Source: Glaucostegus cemiculus
Taxonomy: Eukaryota
Direction of reading: 5' to 3'
Assembly: GCA_976551045.1 (NCBI GenBank)
Contig: CDPCPM010000141.1
Span: 9,052,001-9,116,000 of the forward strand
DNA length: 64,000 bases
The stretch's first letter is position 1. Each line of letters starts with the position of its first letter. Positions 62,901 to 64,000 of the stretch are shown in pieces. Under the pieces are notes generated by a model, which was given only the letters and a program-made list of their open reading frames with translations, ran no database searches and was not told the origin of the DNA. Made by a program: the position numbers and the translations under genes.

Positions 62901-63400
62901 AGCTCATTATTGCATGCAAGGTTTGCTACAACTGACTGCTGATCTGCGACTCTAGTTTGGTCTGGTACTGTCTATTAGCATGGGAAGTCAAACCAGGGTA
63001 GGAGTTTCACAGCGAATGGTGGGGCCTTGGGGAGAGTTGTAGAACAGATGGACCTAGCAGTACATGGTTCCCTGAAAGTGGCATCACAGACAGGGCAGTG
63101 AAAAAGGCTTTTTGTCATGCTGGCCTTCATCAGCCAGGGCACTGAGTATAAGAGTTAAGATGAGAGAAGCAAAGGACTGCAGATGCTGGAATCTTGATGA
63201 AAAAACACTACGATGCTGGAGGACTCAGCAGGCCAGGCAGCATCCATGAAGAAACACTTTTGAGTGTTTTTCATAAGAGTTATGATGTTATGTTGCAGTT
63301 GTACAAGTCGTTGGTTGGGCTGCACTTGGAATATTGTGTTTAGATTTGGTCAGCCTGCTATAGGAAAGATGCCATTAAGCAGGAAAGAGTGCAGAAGAAA
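59985..63400 (+). mobile_element. CR1 RT region split by nested Rex elements (60570-62980) and a Penelope fragment (63163-63272)
   Basis: ..KFADDTK..YEVLHFG ends at ~60565 and resumes as GKSNQGRSF at ~62982. Confidence 0.85.
60570..62980 (-). mobile_element. Two nested Rex1/Babar LINEs (outer 60570-60695 + 61308-62980; inner 60696-61307)
   Basis: VPTCFKKTTIILVPKK, MKCFERLV, LDPLQF, KFADD and HQCLYFLRRLRK; two separate 3' tails and a repeated C-terminal coding block. Confidence 0.88.
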
Positions 63401-63716
63401 TTTAGCCGGTTAGACCCAACTTTTCTCCATTGTACAGTCGGGTAATGGGGTGTGGTGTGGTATATAAATCTTCAGATTTCCCAGCCTAAAGCTGAAAAGA
63501 GAAGGAAAAAAAGTACTGCATTCCCTGTGGCCAACTGAGTACAATGGTGTAGCCGATGTTGTAAGTAGGGAGTAGCGCTGACTGGTTAATTTAGTGGAGT
63601 TTGTTGAGAACTCAGTACCCAGGCTGGGATATTGGAGGGAATGCTTCTACACAGCTGATGCCAATGAGGCCTTTCTGTCAACAAGAAAGTGCAGGCAAGA
63701 CCTTGGATCTGAGATC

Positions 63717-64000
63717 TCATCCCTCCAGGCGGTGCAACACTCCCAGTGATGGGGAGTGTAAGGCCAGCTTCAATGGGCTTGATCGAAGTTGGGAATGACG
63801 GTGGGACAGTAGGAGGTGTTCACCATCTCCGGGCAAGCCCACCCCCTCCTCAACTTTGCCGATGATGTCATAATTTCCAATGACGTCACCGAGGTGACGC
63901 GACCCTCGCTGTGACGCCACAAAGACCCCGCCCCGGGTCCCCCCGAGGCTCTTTCCCACGTTGCCCCCCACCCCCCCCGGCCGCCCAACCCCAGAGCCCC
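63717..64000. other. GC/CpG-rich segment at window edge: possible terminal exon of a neighbouring minus-strand gene or a CpG-island edge
   Basis: Abrupt CpG rise; two minus-strand frames are open from the window end to stops at 63770 and 63717; TGACGTCA at 63881-63888. Confidence 0.35.

Noticed and set aside
1-64000. CRISPR array, operon or prokaryotic defence/RT system; strand bias of intronic LINEs
   Set aside because: No repeat-spacer arrays or intact intronless gene clusters; all RT motifs belong to eukaryotic retroelements. LINE fragments occur on both strands and are too few to claim a bias.

Overview
Eukaryotic genomic DNA, most likely from a cartilaginous fish (shark or ray), judged from HE1/V-SINEs, DeuSINE-like repeats and dense CR1, Rex/Babar and Penelope relics. 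The only host gene I can support is a minus-strand PTPN22-like (Lyp/PEST-family) tyrosine phosphatase. I assembled coding exons 1-10 by hand: 51101 down to 2717, 831 nt, 277 aa, all introns GT-AG and phase-consistent. Exon 1 is CpG-rich, and the rest of the gene probably lies left of the window. Most remaining sequence is nested transposable-element debris: CR1, Rex/Babar, L2, two Gypsy pol relics, a Harbinger relic, Penelope-like hammerhead-type termini and two V-SINE families with different LINE tails. I found no CRISPR array or prokaryotic system. The best leads are (i) a ~2.8-kb inverted CR1 pair bracketing the frame-symmetric exons 2-9, (ii) a V-SINE family with a Rex/Babar-type tail, (iii) degenerate hammerhead motifs in introns, (iv) a uORF overlapping the PTPN22 start, and (v) an unexplained GC-rich open segment at the right edge. 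Exon coordinates were counted to the base. Repeat boundaries are approximate, and family calls come from motif recognition, not database searches.
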